Shown here: piece by piece, positions 9,927-19,423 of the stretch
Layout of the letters: the number at the start of each line of letters is the position of its first letter
Position numbering within the stretch: position 1 is the first letter of the stretch
Source: a virus
DNA length: 64,000 nt
Strand: one strand, 5' to 3'
Virus record (IMG/VR): IMGVR_UViG_3300042564_002819
Coordinates: 266,025 to 330,024 of that record
Notes under the pieces: model-generated
Database searches by the model: none
What the model saw: the letters and a program-made list of their open reading frames with translations, nothing else
What the model was told of the DNA's origin: nothing
Translations under genes and position numbers: made by a program

Positions 9927-11966
9927 ATGAAAAAATTACTGTTATCGCCTGTTTGGAGCATTTTAGTATTAGTATTGTTGGCTTGGCTACAGTTTGCTAA
10001 TCCTAGTTTTTTAGAAAGTCTACAGCTACGTTACTTTGACCAACTTATAGTAAATCAAGAACCTGTAGCTAACAACGTTTACACAGTAAACATAGACGAA
10101 GCAAGTTTAAAGGCAAACGGACAATGGCCGTGGCCAAGAGGCGAATACGCCAAACTCATCGAAGAACTATATGCACGTGGTGCAGGATTAGTTGTGTTCA
10201 ACGTTCTAATGAGTGAAACAGATCGTGCAGGACAAGATGGCGTATTATCTACCACAATGAGCAACTATCCTGTTATAGTTACAATGTTGGGTACAGAGGA
10301 AAACAAAAATGAACCAATCAATCCTGGTGCTAGTATTATTAATAGCGACTACATCGATCTTATTCCTTCCGTGCCTGGCATCACAGCAAACGTGTCAGAT
10401 ATTGAACGTGCGGCTGTTGGATCAGGAATTGTTAACACTTTTCCAGAAATAGACGGTGTTACAAGACGTGCTCCACTAATACTAGAAAGCGGTGGAATAC
10501 TGTATCCTAACGTTACTATGGAAGTGCTTCGTGTTCTTGCCGGCGATCCAAGTTTCCAAATTAAACTGTCACCAATTGGTATAGACAAACTTCGTATTCC
10601 ACAGTATGGTGTATTACAAACAGATGAAATCGGCAGAGTTTGGTTAGATTGGAGTCAAAATTTTTCCAGTTACAGTGCTGCTGAGTTGCCCGATGATTTT
10701 GCAGGCGGTATAGTTTTTGTAGGACCAACAGCAGCCGGCATTACACAACCAATTGCAACAGCCGCAGGCGGTATTTGGCCGCATGAACTACAAGCTATAA
10801 TGCTAGGTACAGTGTTTAATCAAAGCAATATAAAACGTCCAGCATGGGCAACAGGTGCTGAATTGCTAGGATTTGTAATTTCTGGCATAGCTTTAATAAT
10901 AGCAGCACGTTGGACCTATGCGGGCATAGGAATATTTTTAATACTAGTTGGAACATCAATCGGTGGCAGCATCTATATGTTCTCTGCTTATAACTTCTTA
11001 CTAGACGGTTTTGTTCCGGCAGCATTCTTGTTGTTGGTAGGATTAGTAAGATATACTGTTAAGTTTGTAAGTGAGTTCTTACAAAAGCAAAAGATCAAAA
11101 AACAATTTGGTGGTTATGTGTCGCCTAAGATTGTTGATTTACTGGCTAAAGATCCGAGTGTAATAGAACGTGGAGTAAAGAAAAACATCTCTATTACTAT
11201 GACTGATCTGCGTGGCTTTACTCCTCTTGGAGAAAGTTACGGTGCTGATGTTGAAGGATTGCGTCAAATCATGAATGACTACATGGAAGCAATTACACAG
11301 CCAGTATTACGCAACGAAGGCACTATTATCAAATATATCGGTGATGCAAGTTTACATATAAACGGTGCACCATTTGATCAAGATAATCATGAATGTGTTG
11401 CGGTAAAAACTGCAATTGAAATGATAGATGCTGTAGAGGTGTTTAATGAAGAACTTAAAGCAAAAGGTAAGCCACCCGTTGGCATGGGTGCTGGTATCAA
11501 TACTGGTCCTACAGTTATTGGTAATATTGGCAGTTATAAGCGTTATGGTTATGACGTTTTAGGTGATAGTGTAAGCACAGCCGCACGTCTTGAAGGACAA
11601 ACCAAGCCCTATGGTGTTTTATTAATACTAGGACCAAAAACTGCCGAAGTAGCACGTCATTTCTATCACGTTGTAGAATTAGATCTATTAGCAGTCAAAG
11701 GTAAAACCGAAGCACTTCCTATTTACACAGTAATTTGGAGAGAAACACCCAACACTGAGTTTTGGCATCATCATGAAACATTCTTATCAGAATACAGATT
11801 AGCAAATTGGAAATCAGCTCTGGAACAAATTCAGTGGTTAAAAATTAATGGTCCTGTCACACTAGTCAAGTACTACGAGATGATGGAAGAACGTATTGCT
11901 GATCTATCTAAGAAAAAAATACAGCCCGGAAAATGGGACGGAGTATTCAGAGCTACAAGTAAATAA
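9927..11966 (+). CDS. CHASE2-sensor class III adenylate/guanylate cyclase
   Basis: N-terminal TM, then periplasmic CHASE2-like segment (NGQWPWPR); three further TM helices; cyclase core ITMTDLRGFT, KYIGDASL, GINTGPTVIGNIGS, GYDVLGDSVSTAARLEG. Confidence 0.75.
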   Translation: MKKLLLSPVWSILVLVLLAWLQFANPSFLESLQLRYFDQLIVNQEPVANNVYTVNIDEASLKANGQWPWPRGEYAKLIEELYARGAGLVVFNVLMSETDRAGQDGVLSTTMSNYPVIVTMLGTEENKNEPINPGASIINSDYIDLIPSVPGITANVSDIERAAVGSGIVNTFPEIDGVTRRAPLILESGGILYPNVTMEVLRVLAGDPSFQIKLSPIGIDKLRIPQYGVLQTDEIGRVWLDWSQNFSSYSAAELPDDFAGGIVFVGPTAAGITQPIATAAGGIWPHELQAIMLGTVFNQSNIKRPAWATGAELLGFVISGIALIIAARWTYAGIGIFLILVGTSIGGSIYMFSAYNFLLDGFVPAAFLLLVGLVRYTVKFVSEFLQKQKIKKQFGGYVSPKIVDLLAKDPSVIERGVKKNISITMTDLRGFTPLGESYGADVEGLRQIMNDYMEAITQPVLRNEGTIIKYIGDASLHINGAPFDQDNHECVAVKTAIEMIDAVEVFNEELKAKGKPPVGMGAGINTGPTVIGNIGSYKRYGYDVLGDSVSTAARLEGQTKPYGVLLILGPKTAEVARHFYHVVELDLLAVKGKTEALPIYTVIWRETPNTEFWHHHETFLSEYRLANWKSALEQIQWLKINGPVTLVKYYEMMEERIADLSKKKIQPGKWDGVFRATSK

Positions 11967-11996
11967 GGAGCCAAAAGGCTCCTTATTTTTATTAAT
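11963..11996. terminator. bidirectional rho-independent terminator
   Basis: AATAAGGAGCC-AAAA-GGCTCCTTATT then TTTTATT; lies between converging genes. Confidence 0.75.
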
Positions 11997-12007
11997 GTAA
12001 AGTGTTA

Positions 12008-12343
12008 TTATGAACGACTCATATAAGCACTAGAACCAAAGAATGATGCTACTACACCAGCTTGTGCAATGTAGAACATACTTAAAATGTTGTCTAATGC
12101 TGCTAGTCTGTCAATACCGATAAAAGGTAAAAATAGTAAAACTGTAAATACAACCATACTAAGCATAGCAACCCATGCCATTCTTCTAAGTTGATCTTCT
12201 TTTTGATCTTTGTTTTCTAAGTCAACAATGCGTTCTGCTTTAGCAAGTTCTTCGTCGGAAACTACGCCATCGCCGTCGGTGTCAAACTTGTTAAATTGAC
12301 TGTCTTCTTGTAGTGTCTTTGGTGTTCTTGGTGTTCTTGCCAT
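12008..12343 (-). CDS. small membrane protein with EF-hand-like Ca-binding loop
   Basis: DTDGDGVVSDEE matches DxDxDGxxSxEE; two C-terminal TM helices. Confidence 0.5.
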   Translation of the reverse strand: MARTPRTPKTLQEDSQFNKFDTDGDGVVSDEELAKAERIVDLENKDQKEDQLRRMAWVAMLSMVVFTVLLFLPFIGIDRLAALDNILSMFYIAQAGVVASFFGSSAYMSRS

Positions 12344-12360
12344 TTCTGGATCTCCCTCTA

Positions 12361-12705
12361 TTATTTTTTTTTATCTTCTCTGCCGGTGCTGTTAAAAACT
12401 TGGCTACGGCTTTGATACTTGTTAATCAATTCGTCGAGTTCGTCTTTTTTGTCATCTGGAAGCGAATCTATGTGTTGTCGATATTCTAAAACCATTGTTA
12501 GCTTACTGTTTAAACGAATCATGTCGTTATCTAACATACGTACACGATCCACTAGTTTAATCAGCGTCCCCATTGTTTCACCAATCACAGGATCAATTTC
12601 TTCAGTTACCCATTTCCATATAAAGAAAACAAAGTAGCCCATTCCCATTGCTGCAATGATCGGAAATCCAAAGTCTTTAATAGCCTGTGCAATATCAAAT
12701 TCCAT
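12361..12705 (-). CDS. small single-pass membrane protein (paralog A)
   Basis: N-terminal TM DFGFPIIAAMGMGYFVFFIWKW then charged coiled-coil tail. Confidence 0.4.
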   Translation of the reverse strand: MEFDIAQAIKDFGFPIIAAMGMGYFVFFIWKWVTEEIDPVIGETMGTLIKLVDRVRMLDNDMIRLNSKLTMVLEYRQHIDSLPDDKKDELDELINKYQSRSQVFNSTGREDKKK

Positions 12706-12983
12706 TAGTCTCTCCTTGCATCGTTTTTGCCTTCGTTAGCAGCAATACGATCTATATTAGGTTTAACATTTAACGCATAACTTAATAGTGCATCTATCTT
12801 AACTAAATCATTATTCATAGTTTGAACACGATTATCTAACTGTGCAATAATATTTTTTAGAGTTGTAACAGATCCTGTTACTCCTGCTAGAATAAACTTC
12901 AATGTTAAGAAAACAAAACCGCCGGCTGCTAATGCACCGGCAATTGGAAACCCTACTTCGCTTACTAATTGCAAAAAATCCAT
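12705..12983 (-). CDS. small single-pass membrane protein (paralog B)
   Basis: N-terminal TM EVGFPIAGALAAGGFVFLTLKF; same architecture as 12361..12705. Confidence 0.4.
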   Translation of the reverse strand: MDFLQLVSEVGFPIAGALAAGGFVFLTLKFILAGVTGSVTTLKNIIAQLDNRVQTMNNDLVKIDALLSYALNVKPNIDRIAANEGKNDARRD

Positions 12984-13035
12984 TAAAACGCCCTCACGTT
13001 TTGCATAGTATTTAGCATAATGCGATTGTTTTTTA

Positions 13036-13066
13036 TTGACAAAATGCTTAAATATACTACTATATT
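13036..13066 (+). promoter_or_regulatory. sigma70-like promoter
   Basis: TTGACA at 13036, TACTAT/TATATT -10 candidates, AAGGAGA RBS, ATG at 13081. Confidence 0.5.
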
Positions 13067-13080
13067 ACAAAGGAGACTGC

Positions 13081-14214
13081 ATGAACAATTTTATAGAAGA
13101 TTTTATTAAAAAAAATACATTTCACAGACCGACTTTAGTGTTAGATATAAATGAAGTGGAAAAAAACTTCTATAATCTTAAACGTGGGATGCCCGATGCT
13201 CACATACACTATGCTGTTAAAAGCAATCCGCATCCTGAAATACTAAAATGCTTAGTGCAACAAGGTTGCAAGTTTGATGCAGCATCGATGGGAGAAATAG
13301 ATGCTTGTTTAGAAGCAGGTGCAAAGCCCGAACATATCAGTTTTGGCAATACTGTAAAGCGTTGGCAAGACATCAAATATGCACACTCTATAGGTATTGA
13401 CCTTTTTGCAGCAGATGCAAGTGAAGAACTTGAAAAGATTGCAAATTACGCACCTAACTCTCGCGTGTTTATTCGTGTATTGATTGGGCAAACTGAAGCA
13501 GAATGGCCGTTATCACGAAAGTTTGGTTGCGATCCCCAAATGGTTCTTGAGCTAATGGGATATGCTACAGACCTAGGTCTTAAGCCAGTTGGTATTAGTT
13601 GGCACATTGGTTCACAAACAAAACATCCTGAAATGTGGTTCGACACACTAGAAATGATGGCTAACCTTTGGGATGAAGCCTGCGGTTTTGGATACGATTT
13701 ATCGTTGGTAAACATCGGCGGCGGATTTCCTGCATACTACGGTGTTGATATAACTCCGCCAGAAGAATACGGTAGAAAATTAATGGATCGTGTTCGTAAG
13801 CAATTTCCAGGTGCAGACTACATTATGGTCGAACCGGGTCGCGGATTAGTAGGCAGTGCTGGTGCTATTGCTGCTGAAGTGTTATTGGTTAGCAAGAAGT
13901 CATCCTACGAAACAGTGCGTTGGGTTTATTTAAACATAGGAAGATTTAGTGGATTGGCTGAAACCGAAGGCGAAGCTATTAAATATCAATTTTCTATACC
14001 AGGTAAAGAAAACTCTACTACAGGACCATGTATTCTTGCAGGTCCTACTTGCGATAGTGCAGATGTACTATATGAAAAGAACAAGGTTCATTTGCCAGTT
14101 GACCTTTGCAGTGGCGATCGATTTATTATACGAAACTGCGGGGCTTACACCAGCACCTACAGCACTATTGCGTTTAACGGGTTTCCGCCGTTAGCTGTTG
14201 TAGTTTGCAAATGA
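13081..14214 (+). CDS. PLP-dependent ornithine/arginine/DAP decarboxylase (alanine-racemase fold, group IV)
   Basis: HYAVKSNPHPEILKCLVQQGCKFDAASMGEI (PLP lysine region), GGGFP, EPGR, C-terminal CGAYT motif. Confidence 0.8.
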   Translation: MNNFIEDFIKKNTFHRPTLVLDINEVEKNFYNLKRGMPDAHIHYAVKSNPHPEILKCLVQQGCKFDAASMGEIDACLEAGAKPEHISFGNTVKRWQDIKYAHSIGIDLFAADASEELEKIANYAPNSRVFIRVLIGQTEAEWPLSRKFGCDPQMVLELMGYATDLGLKPVGISWHIGSQTKHPEMWFDTLEMMANLWDEACGFGYDLSLVNIGGGFPAYYGVDITPPEEYGRKLMDRVRKQFPGADYIMVEPGRGLVGSAGAIAAEVLLVSKKSSYETVRWVYLNIGRFSGLAETEGEAIKYQFSIPGKENSTTGPCILAGPTCDSADVLYEKNKVHLPVDLCSGDRFIIRNCGAYTSTYSTIAFNGFPPLAVVVCK

Positions 14215-14216
14215 GG

Positions 14217-14244
14217 TTGACAATTTTTACAATTTATGTATAGT
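14217..14244 (+). promoter_or_regulatory. sigma70-like promoter P1 upstream of a long leader
   Basis: TTGACA-N16-TATAGT. Confidence 0.45.
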
Positions 14245-14308
14245 AAAGAGAATAGCAATGATTGTCGCTGTTGGCCCGTGGCGATACATTGCTATAAATC
14301 TATAAGTC

Positions 14309-14338
14309 TTGACAATGAACCGAGTAAGATGATATTAT
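14309..14338 (+). promoter_or_regulatory. sigma70-like promoter P2 (extended -10)
   Basis: TTGACA-N18-TGATATTAT. Confidence 0.45.
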
Positions 14339-14430
14339 CTGCGAAAGTCCGGCGAGAGCTTAAATTTGTCAAGGGTCACAAGCACTAGTCCAACAGTGTG
14401 TGGCTAACGGGCCGCCAATAGGAGGAAAGT

Positions 14431-14622
14431 TTGGTAAATAATAACATGAAAACGTATCCAGCTAATGAAATATTTCAAGACATTGAAAATGACAAAAACA
14501 ACGTCTTGATGAATATTCCTCCTGAAATTGCAGAAGAATTAGGATGGGTACCGGGAGACGTCTTGAAGATCGAAATATTAGAAAGTGGCGGCGTTTCTAT
14601 TTCCAAGGTAAAAAATGGCTAA
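14431..14622 (+). CDS. AbrB/MazE-like small DNA-binding protein
   Basis: 63 aa; [31 protein letters not shown] resembles a swapped-hairpin motif. Confidence 0.35.
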   Translation: MVNNNMKTYPANEIFQDIENDKNNVLMNIPPEIAEELGWVPGDVLKIEILESGGVSISKVKNG

Positions 14623-14830
14623 AGAAGATGTTATTGAAGTAGAAGGCGAAATTGTAGATGTTTTGCCTAACCAAACTTTTCGTGTAGAACTCGAAAACGG
14701 TCACAGGGTAACTTGTTACACTGGCGGAAAGATGAGACAATTTAAAATTAGACTCGTACAGGGCGACAAAGTTAAAGTAGAAATGACACCATACGATCTA
14801 CAAAAAGGTCGAATTATGTTTAGGATCTAA
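14615..14830 (+). CDS. infA: translation initiation factor IF-1
   Basis: 71 aa; [64 protein letters not shown] is near-colinear with bacterial IF-1. Confidence 0.85.
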   Translation: MAKEDVIEVEGEIVDVLPNQTFRVELENGHRVTCYTGGKMRQFKIRLVQGDKVKVEMTPYDLQKGRIMFRI

Positions 14831-14831
14831 A

Positions 14832-15221
14832 ATGATACAAGAGCTTTTGAGTTTAGAAAAAGCGTTTAATTGCAAACTTTCTCCAATTACTTTAGATTCG
14901 TGGAACAATTATAAAAGCATACCCAAAGGTCTGCGTGGTGTTTATATAATTTACGACGACGATAAATTCTACTATGTTGGAAAAGGATTTGTCAAAGATC
15001 GTCAACCGCATCACGAAGAAAAGTTTTCCGGTATTTTTAAAAAAGCTAGAGATACTGCTGGGTTTAGATGGCTTAGAGAAAGCGGAGTAGAATTCGACGT
15101 AACAAAAATGCGTATGACATACATTCCGTTAGAGCAAGAAACACTTATTTCTGCAATTGAAGGCAGTTTGATACACATGCTACAACCTATTGCAAACGAC
15201 GAAGTAGTAAAAAGTCTTTAA
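14832..15221 (+). CDS. GIY-YIG nuclease-domain protein
   Basis: GVYIIYDDDKFYYVGKG...R...HH matches the GIY-x10-YIG core. Confidence 0.55.
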   Translation: MIQELLSLEKAFNCKLSPITLDSWNNYKSIPKGLRGVYIIYDDDKFYYVGKGFVKDRQPHHEEKFSGIFKKARDTAGFRWLRESGVEFDVTKMRMTYIPLEQETLISAIEGSLIHMLQPIANDEVVKSL

Positions 15222-15227
15222 CAGGGC

Positions 15228-15256
15228 TTGACACGCCTTCTGCGATTTGCTATATT
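15228..15256 (+). promoter_or_regulatory. sigma70-like promoter
   Basis: TTGACA-N17-TATATT. Confidence 0.55.
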
Positions 15257-15287
15257 GCTACAAATGCAACAGCTAAAGGCTAGAAAA

Positions 15288-15983
15288 ATGTTTCCTACAG
15301 AACAACTGCTTGAATTTGCATATGCTGCATACCGTATCAATAACGGATATGTAAAATCAACAGTATATCATTCTGCAAATGATACTACAACTTATCCAAA
15401 CAAGGATATTGTTCTTTTTTCTGCATTGAAAAAATTTCGCCCCGATGATTATATTCCGTCATGGTTTGTTATGCCAGAAATTACAGACCGAGACCGTGAA
15501 AATGTAAAACTTGCCCTAGAGCATTATAAACGTTATACGTTGCTGCTTTTGGGGACAGACCTGTCAACGTTTCAAAAAGATGTCTTTGCTGTAATCAGTC
15601 AAGATACTGTTCCCGTTCACAAAATCGGTCTAGTTGCTGTTGTTCCAACTGTGGTAAAAAGCGAAAAAGCAGAAAGTGTATATCTACGCAAACTAAAGAA
15701 AGATTTTTCTGATAGCAAACATTATGTTTTAAAGACATCTGTGAGTGGAACAATCGAAATTCTTAAACGTATCCACCTCAGAGATTATTCCACTTATCTG
15801 TATTTTGCAGGATTAGGAGAAAACTTGATTTCTTTTACTAAACCGACTGAGTACAGTGTTGGTGCAGTATACGAATTAAATGGTAAGGTAAAATCTCTCG
15901 AAAAAGAAAGAGAGACTGGATTCAATATGACAAAACTAAACTATGTCAAGTTAAATGCTGTTGAGGTAACAAACAATGATTGA
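15288..15983 (+). CDS. hypothetical protein
   Basis: ORF; first ATG after the promoter (the longer ORF start lies inside the promoter). Confidence 0.35.
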   Translation: MFPTEQLLEFAYAAYRINNGYVKSTVYHSANDTTTYPNKDIVLFSALKKFRPDDYIPSWFVMPEITDRDRENVKLALEHYKRYTLLLLGTDLSTFQKDVFAVISQDTVPVHKIGLVAVVPTVVKSEKAESVYLRKLKKDFSDSKHYVLKTSVSGTIEILKRIHLRDYSTYLYFAGLGENLISFTKPTEYSVGAVYELNGKVKSLEKERETGFNMTKLNYVKLNAVEVTNND

Positions 15984-16188
15984 ACTGTGGTTTTTGGCTG
16001 TTGCTGTAATTTTTACAGTATTTGGATATATCATTGGCGTAAAAAAACAAGTAAAAGTATCTGCAGAGATGATTATTTCAACTACTATCGATACTCTTAT
16101 TGAAGATGGATATCTTAAAACTAGAGGCACTGGAAACAACTTAGAGATTTTAAAAGTAGATGACAAAGCCGATAGAACTCAGCCATAG
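15976..16188 (+). CDS. small membrane protein
   Basis: 70 aa with N-terminal TM helix. Confidence 0.3.
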   Translation: MIELWFLAVAVIFTVFGYIIGVKKQVKVSAEMIISTTIDTLIEDGYLKTRGTGNNLEILKVDDKADRTQP

Positions 16189-16441
16189 TCAGTGGAAAAA
16201 ACTTTTAGAACGTCTTAAGGAGGATTACCCTCCTAGTGTTATTCTTGTTCGCAGCAAGATGAAAACAAAGTTAGGATTCACATCTCGAGAATACAAAGAC
16301 TGGGATGACAGCATAGGTAAGTATGGCGGCTGGCGTAAAAACTGTATCATGCTTGATTTTTATTCGGAAAAGAAAAGAACCTTCTTTATCGTGAAATACA
16401 GCGAATTTGTAAAAAAGGAAGATCTTAATGACAACTTCTAA
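16160..16441 (+). CDS. hypothetical protein
   Basis: 93-aa ORF. Confidence 0.3.
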   Translation: MTKPIELSHSQWKKLLERLKEDYPPSVILVRSKMKTKLGFTSREYKDWDDSIGKYGGWRKNCIMLDFYSEKKRTFFIVKYSEFVKKEDLNDNF

Positions 16442-16760
16442 TAATGATCACATCTTTATTGCGTATTGGGATTGTTACGGATTTGAATGCGTTGTAGACT
16501 TAACTTCATATGAACGACATAAATTGTTGTCTGATATTAAAGGAGACCCTCTTAAATCTCCTGTTAATCTACATTATTTAACTATGCGAGCTCGGTTTAA
16601 TCCACAACGTGACCCTGAAATTTGGCTCTTTACTTCTGAAGTAGACGAAGCTACACTGCAAGAGTTAGCAGAAGAACAGCCGCAGATGTTGGCAGATCTT
16701 ATTCGCAGTCATGGAAAAAATCTATACAAAAGTAAAACACTGGAACCAAAAATAAAATGA
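16428..16760 (+). CDS. hypothetical protein
   Basis: 110-aa ORF. Confidence 0.3.
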   Translation: MTTSNNDHIFIAYWDCYGFECVVDLTSYERHKLLSDIKGDPLKSPVNLHYLTMRARFNPQRDPEIWLFTSEVDEATLQELAEEQPQMLADLIRSHGKNLYKSKTLEPKIK

Positions 16761-17113
16761 TACGTTATACTGACATCAACACCGGCAACAATCTACTAGA
16801 CGAAGCACTAGAAAACTATCTCATGCATGGGTTTCAGCCCGGCGGATTTCTAACCAGTGTTCTTGCTAACGACTTGCAGCTAGCTGTTGGAAGGGCAGAT
16901 CATTGGAATAAAACTCGTCTGCCTGAAATTGTAGATGCAGTAGTGTACAATGTCCCAGATCGTGCTTGGGGCAGTTATCAGCGTGTCAGAGATTGGTGTG
17001 TAGACAAAGACGGGCATCGTACCGCATATGCTCAACGTAAAGAAAAAGAATATACGTTTAACGTATTGAAAGGCAATGTACGTGCAAAAGAACCGCAAGA
17101 CCCCCCGTTTTGA
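16757..17113 (+). CDS. hypothetical protein
   Basis: 118-aa ORF. Confidence 0.3.
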   Translation: MIRYTDINTGNNLLDEALENYLMHGFQPGGFLTSVLANDLQLAVGRADHWNKTRLPEIVDAVVYNVPDRAWGSYQRVRDWCVDKDGHRTAYAQRKEKEYTFNVLKGNVRAKEPQDPPF

Positions 17114-17381
17114 AGTAGACTATAAAGAACGTCTTGAACAAAAACGAACAGCAATCAATGCTGTTCGCTTGCCTCGTCTTGGCTATTCTCAATATCGTGT
17201 ATATGATATTCGAGAGCGGTCCACTCGTCAATACAACAACGGCAACTGGCAGAACTGGATCTTGTGGGCAGTTGTTGATGAACTAGAATCTCGTACAGAA
17301 CCACCTCATCAAGTAAAATGGCTCAAACCTAAACAGGTGACATTGCTTAGACTACAAGGACATAGGGTAGAAGAAGTATGA
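17076..17381 (+). CDS. hypothetical protein
   Basis: 101-aa ORF. Confidence 0.3.
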   Translation: MYVQKNRKTPRFEVDYKERLEQKRTAINAVRLPRLGYSQYRVYDIRERSTRQYNNGNWQNWILWAVVDELESRTEPPHQVKWLKPKQVTLLRLQGHRVEEV

Positions 17382-17644
17382 ATTACGTTGATGTTTTAAC
17401 AGTTCGAGAGTATGTTGACTATTATAAGGCAAACGATCCTTATGTACACGCTGCTGTATTAGAACAAGCAGGATACACTCCAGTAAGTATTAACCCAAAA
17501 GTTTTTTGGGAATCTGCACACGAGTATATGACCAAACGTTATGGCGAGGACAATTACGTTTGGACTGGTGAAAAATTTTGGTTTGATAATATGGAAGAAG
17601 CAAGTCATTTTTATGCATACTACAGCAGTTGGTTAGAGGATTAA
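17378..17644 (+). CDS. hypothetical protein
   Basis: 88-aa ORF. Confidence 0.3.
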   Translation: MNYVDVLTVREYVDYYKANDPYVHAAVLEQAGYTPVSINPKVFWESAHEYMTKRYGEDNYVWTGEKFWFDNMEEASHFYAYYSSWLED

Positions 17645-17914
17645 ATGATTACTTTTGTTTGCGAAATTAATCCAACATATGCCAAGCAGAATGGACTTAA
17701 TAGATACTATCTTGCAAAGGCTAAAAATGCAAATTGGCAAAAAGAAACAAATCTTCCTCGTTCACTACTGTATGGCTCTGACCGTGTGTGGAGAATTTAC
17801 GAAAACGGAACAGTTGATTTTGTAAAAAATAGATTTACAGGTATTATGACTCCTGTCGATCAAAGAGAACTTACTGTTGCTCTCTTGAGTGCAGTATGCT
17901 ATAACAGTGTATGA
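17645..17914 (+). CDS. hypothetical protein
   Basis: 89-aa ORF. Confidence 0.3.
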   Translation: MITFVCEINPTYAKQNGLNRYYLAKAKNANWQKETNLPRSLLYGSDRVWRIYENGTVDFVKNRFTGIMTPVDQRELTVALLSAVCYNSV

Positions 17915-18519
17915 TCAAAGTACAAGGCAAACTCCCTCGCAGTGTTTACGTCGGATGTTCCGGCGGCTCGGATTCTATGGCTGTGGTCGATTTCTTGTCT
18001 CGTAGACATGATGTTGAAGTTATTTTCTTCCATCATGGCTCCGAACACGACACTGTTGCACAAGATCTTGTTTATAATTACTGTCATAAAAAGAACATCG
18101 AATGTATTCTCGGCGGCATGAACAAAGACGATACAATCAAGCCAGGAATGAGCAAAGAAGACTTTTGGAGATGGCGTCGCTATCGATTCTTTGAGCAATT
18201 CGCTAGGCCTGAAACTCCTGTTATTACTTGCCATCATCTAGATGACTGTGCTGAAACTTGGATTTGGAGTAGCTTGAACGGAAGTCCTTGTATTATTCCT
18301 TATCGTAGAAACAATGTGATTAGACCGTTTAGACTTAACAGAAAAAAAGACTTGGAGCTCTGGGCACAACTTAATGGCGTGCCCTACATCGACGATCCTA
18401 CTAACACCGATACTACTTTTACTCGAAATTATATTAGACACGAGCTAATGCCACATGCATTACGAGTTAATCCTGGACTGCACAAGGTTATTAAAAAGAA
18501 AGTTTTAGATGATGTTTAG
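17911..18519 (+). CDS. tilS: TilS-like PP-loop ATPase (tRNA(Ile)-lysidine synthetase N-domain-like)
   Basis: PP-loop VGCSGGSDSMAVV; FFHHGSEHD and CHHLDDCAETWIWSSLNGSP parallel TilS HVHHG and HLDDQCETFL motifs; only about 200 aa, so catalytic domain only. Confidence 0.6.
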   Translation: MIKVQGKLPRSVYVGCSGGSDSMAVVDFLSRRHDVEVIFFHHGSEHDTVAQDLVYNYCHKKNIECILGGMNKDDTIKPGMSKEDFWRWRRYRFFEQFARPETPVITCHHLDDCAETWIWSSLNGSPCIIPYRRNNVIRPFRLNRKKDLELWAQLNGVPYIDDPTNTDTTFTRNYIRHELMPHALRVNPGLHKVIKKKVLDDV

Positions 18520-18991
18520 TATTTTTAAAACACGCCATACTCACAGATGGGAATTGGTTGCGTGTAACGACAACTATCATACTGAATACACAGATACTGG
18601 TAAAAAAATATATTGGAAACAGCGTTTTTACAAATGCAGTTGCGGTGCTCGCAAACACGAAGACAATCGTAATCAGTATCAAACTCACGAAGGAATTGAT
18701 GCTGCTAAGAAAAACTGGATTGATGCTGGTGTTGTTCCGAACGGCAGTTATTACCCCGGAACACAAAATGGCTATGTCAAGATTGATGATGTTCCCCAGG
18801 ATACGTTAGATCCAATTGAAAAATTAAATAAAAATCTCGAAGAGTTGTTCAACATGATGAGTGTAATTAAAAGAGACTATGATCTTGAAAAAAAGTATCC
18901 TAAGTTAAAAACTCTTGCAGACAAATACAATCAAGAGCTAAGTAAGTATAGAACGTTTGAATCATTGAAAGGTAAAGACAATGTCACATGA
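18509..18991 (+). CDS. hypothetical protein
   Basis: 160-aa ORF. Confidence 0.35.
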   Translation: MMFSIFKTRHTHRWELVACNDNYHTEYTDTGKKIYWKQRFYKCSCGARKHEDNRNQYQTHEGIDAAKKNWIDAGVVPNGSYYPGTQNGYVKIDDVPQDTLDPIEKLNKNLEELFNMMSVIKRDYDLEKKYPKLKTLADKYNQELSKYRTFESLKGKDNVT

Positions 18992-19187
18992 TTTTATATA
19001 TTTTGAAAACAGCCTTGAAGACGACGACTACGGACTTGTTGTAGGAAAAGATGGAATGCTAAAAGGAATTTGGGTTCCGAAAGGTCTGGAAAACGAAGAA
19101 GACGTGCCATCTACTGTAGCTAGAGTATGTATAGAATATTTTGGACTAGATCCTAACGACGAAAGCAACTACGGAGTCATTCATTAA
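18981..19187 (+). CDS. hypothetical protein
   Basis: 68-aa ORF. Confidence 0.3.
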   Translation: MSHDFIYFENSLEDDDYGLVVGKDGMLKGIWVPKGLENEEDVPSTVARVCIEYFGLDPNDESNYGVIH

Positions 19188-19423
19188 TGACACCGTTAGA
19201 AATTGCTGAGTACAAAATGCGGTGGATGCGTGATGGCGGATACAGTATTCGCCTTCACAGTGACCTTGACGTAGCAGGTAAGGACTGGTGTCGTAAAAAT
19301 ATTGAACGCCATCAATGGAGTTTTGAAGCGTATACTGCTATCTATCAGCATACCTTTTATTTCGAAGATCAAGCGGTAAGCCAACAATTTGCACAAGAAT
19401 TTCACAATTGGGTGCAGCGTTGA
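19187..19423 (+). CDS. hypothetical protein
   Basis: 78-aa ORF. Confidence 0.3.
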   Translation: MTPLEIAEYKMRWMRDGGYSIRLHSDLDVAGKDWCRKNIERHQWSFEAYTAIYQHTFYFEDQAVSQQFAQEFHNWVQR

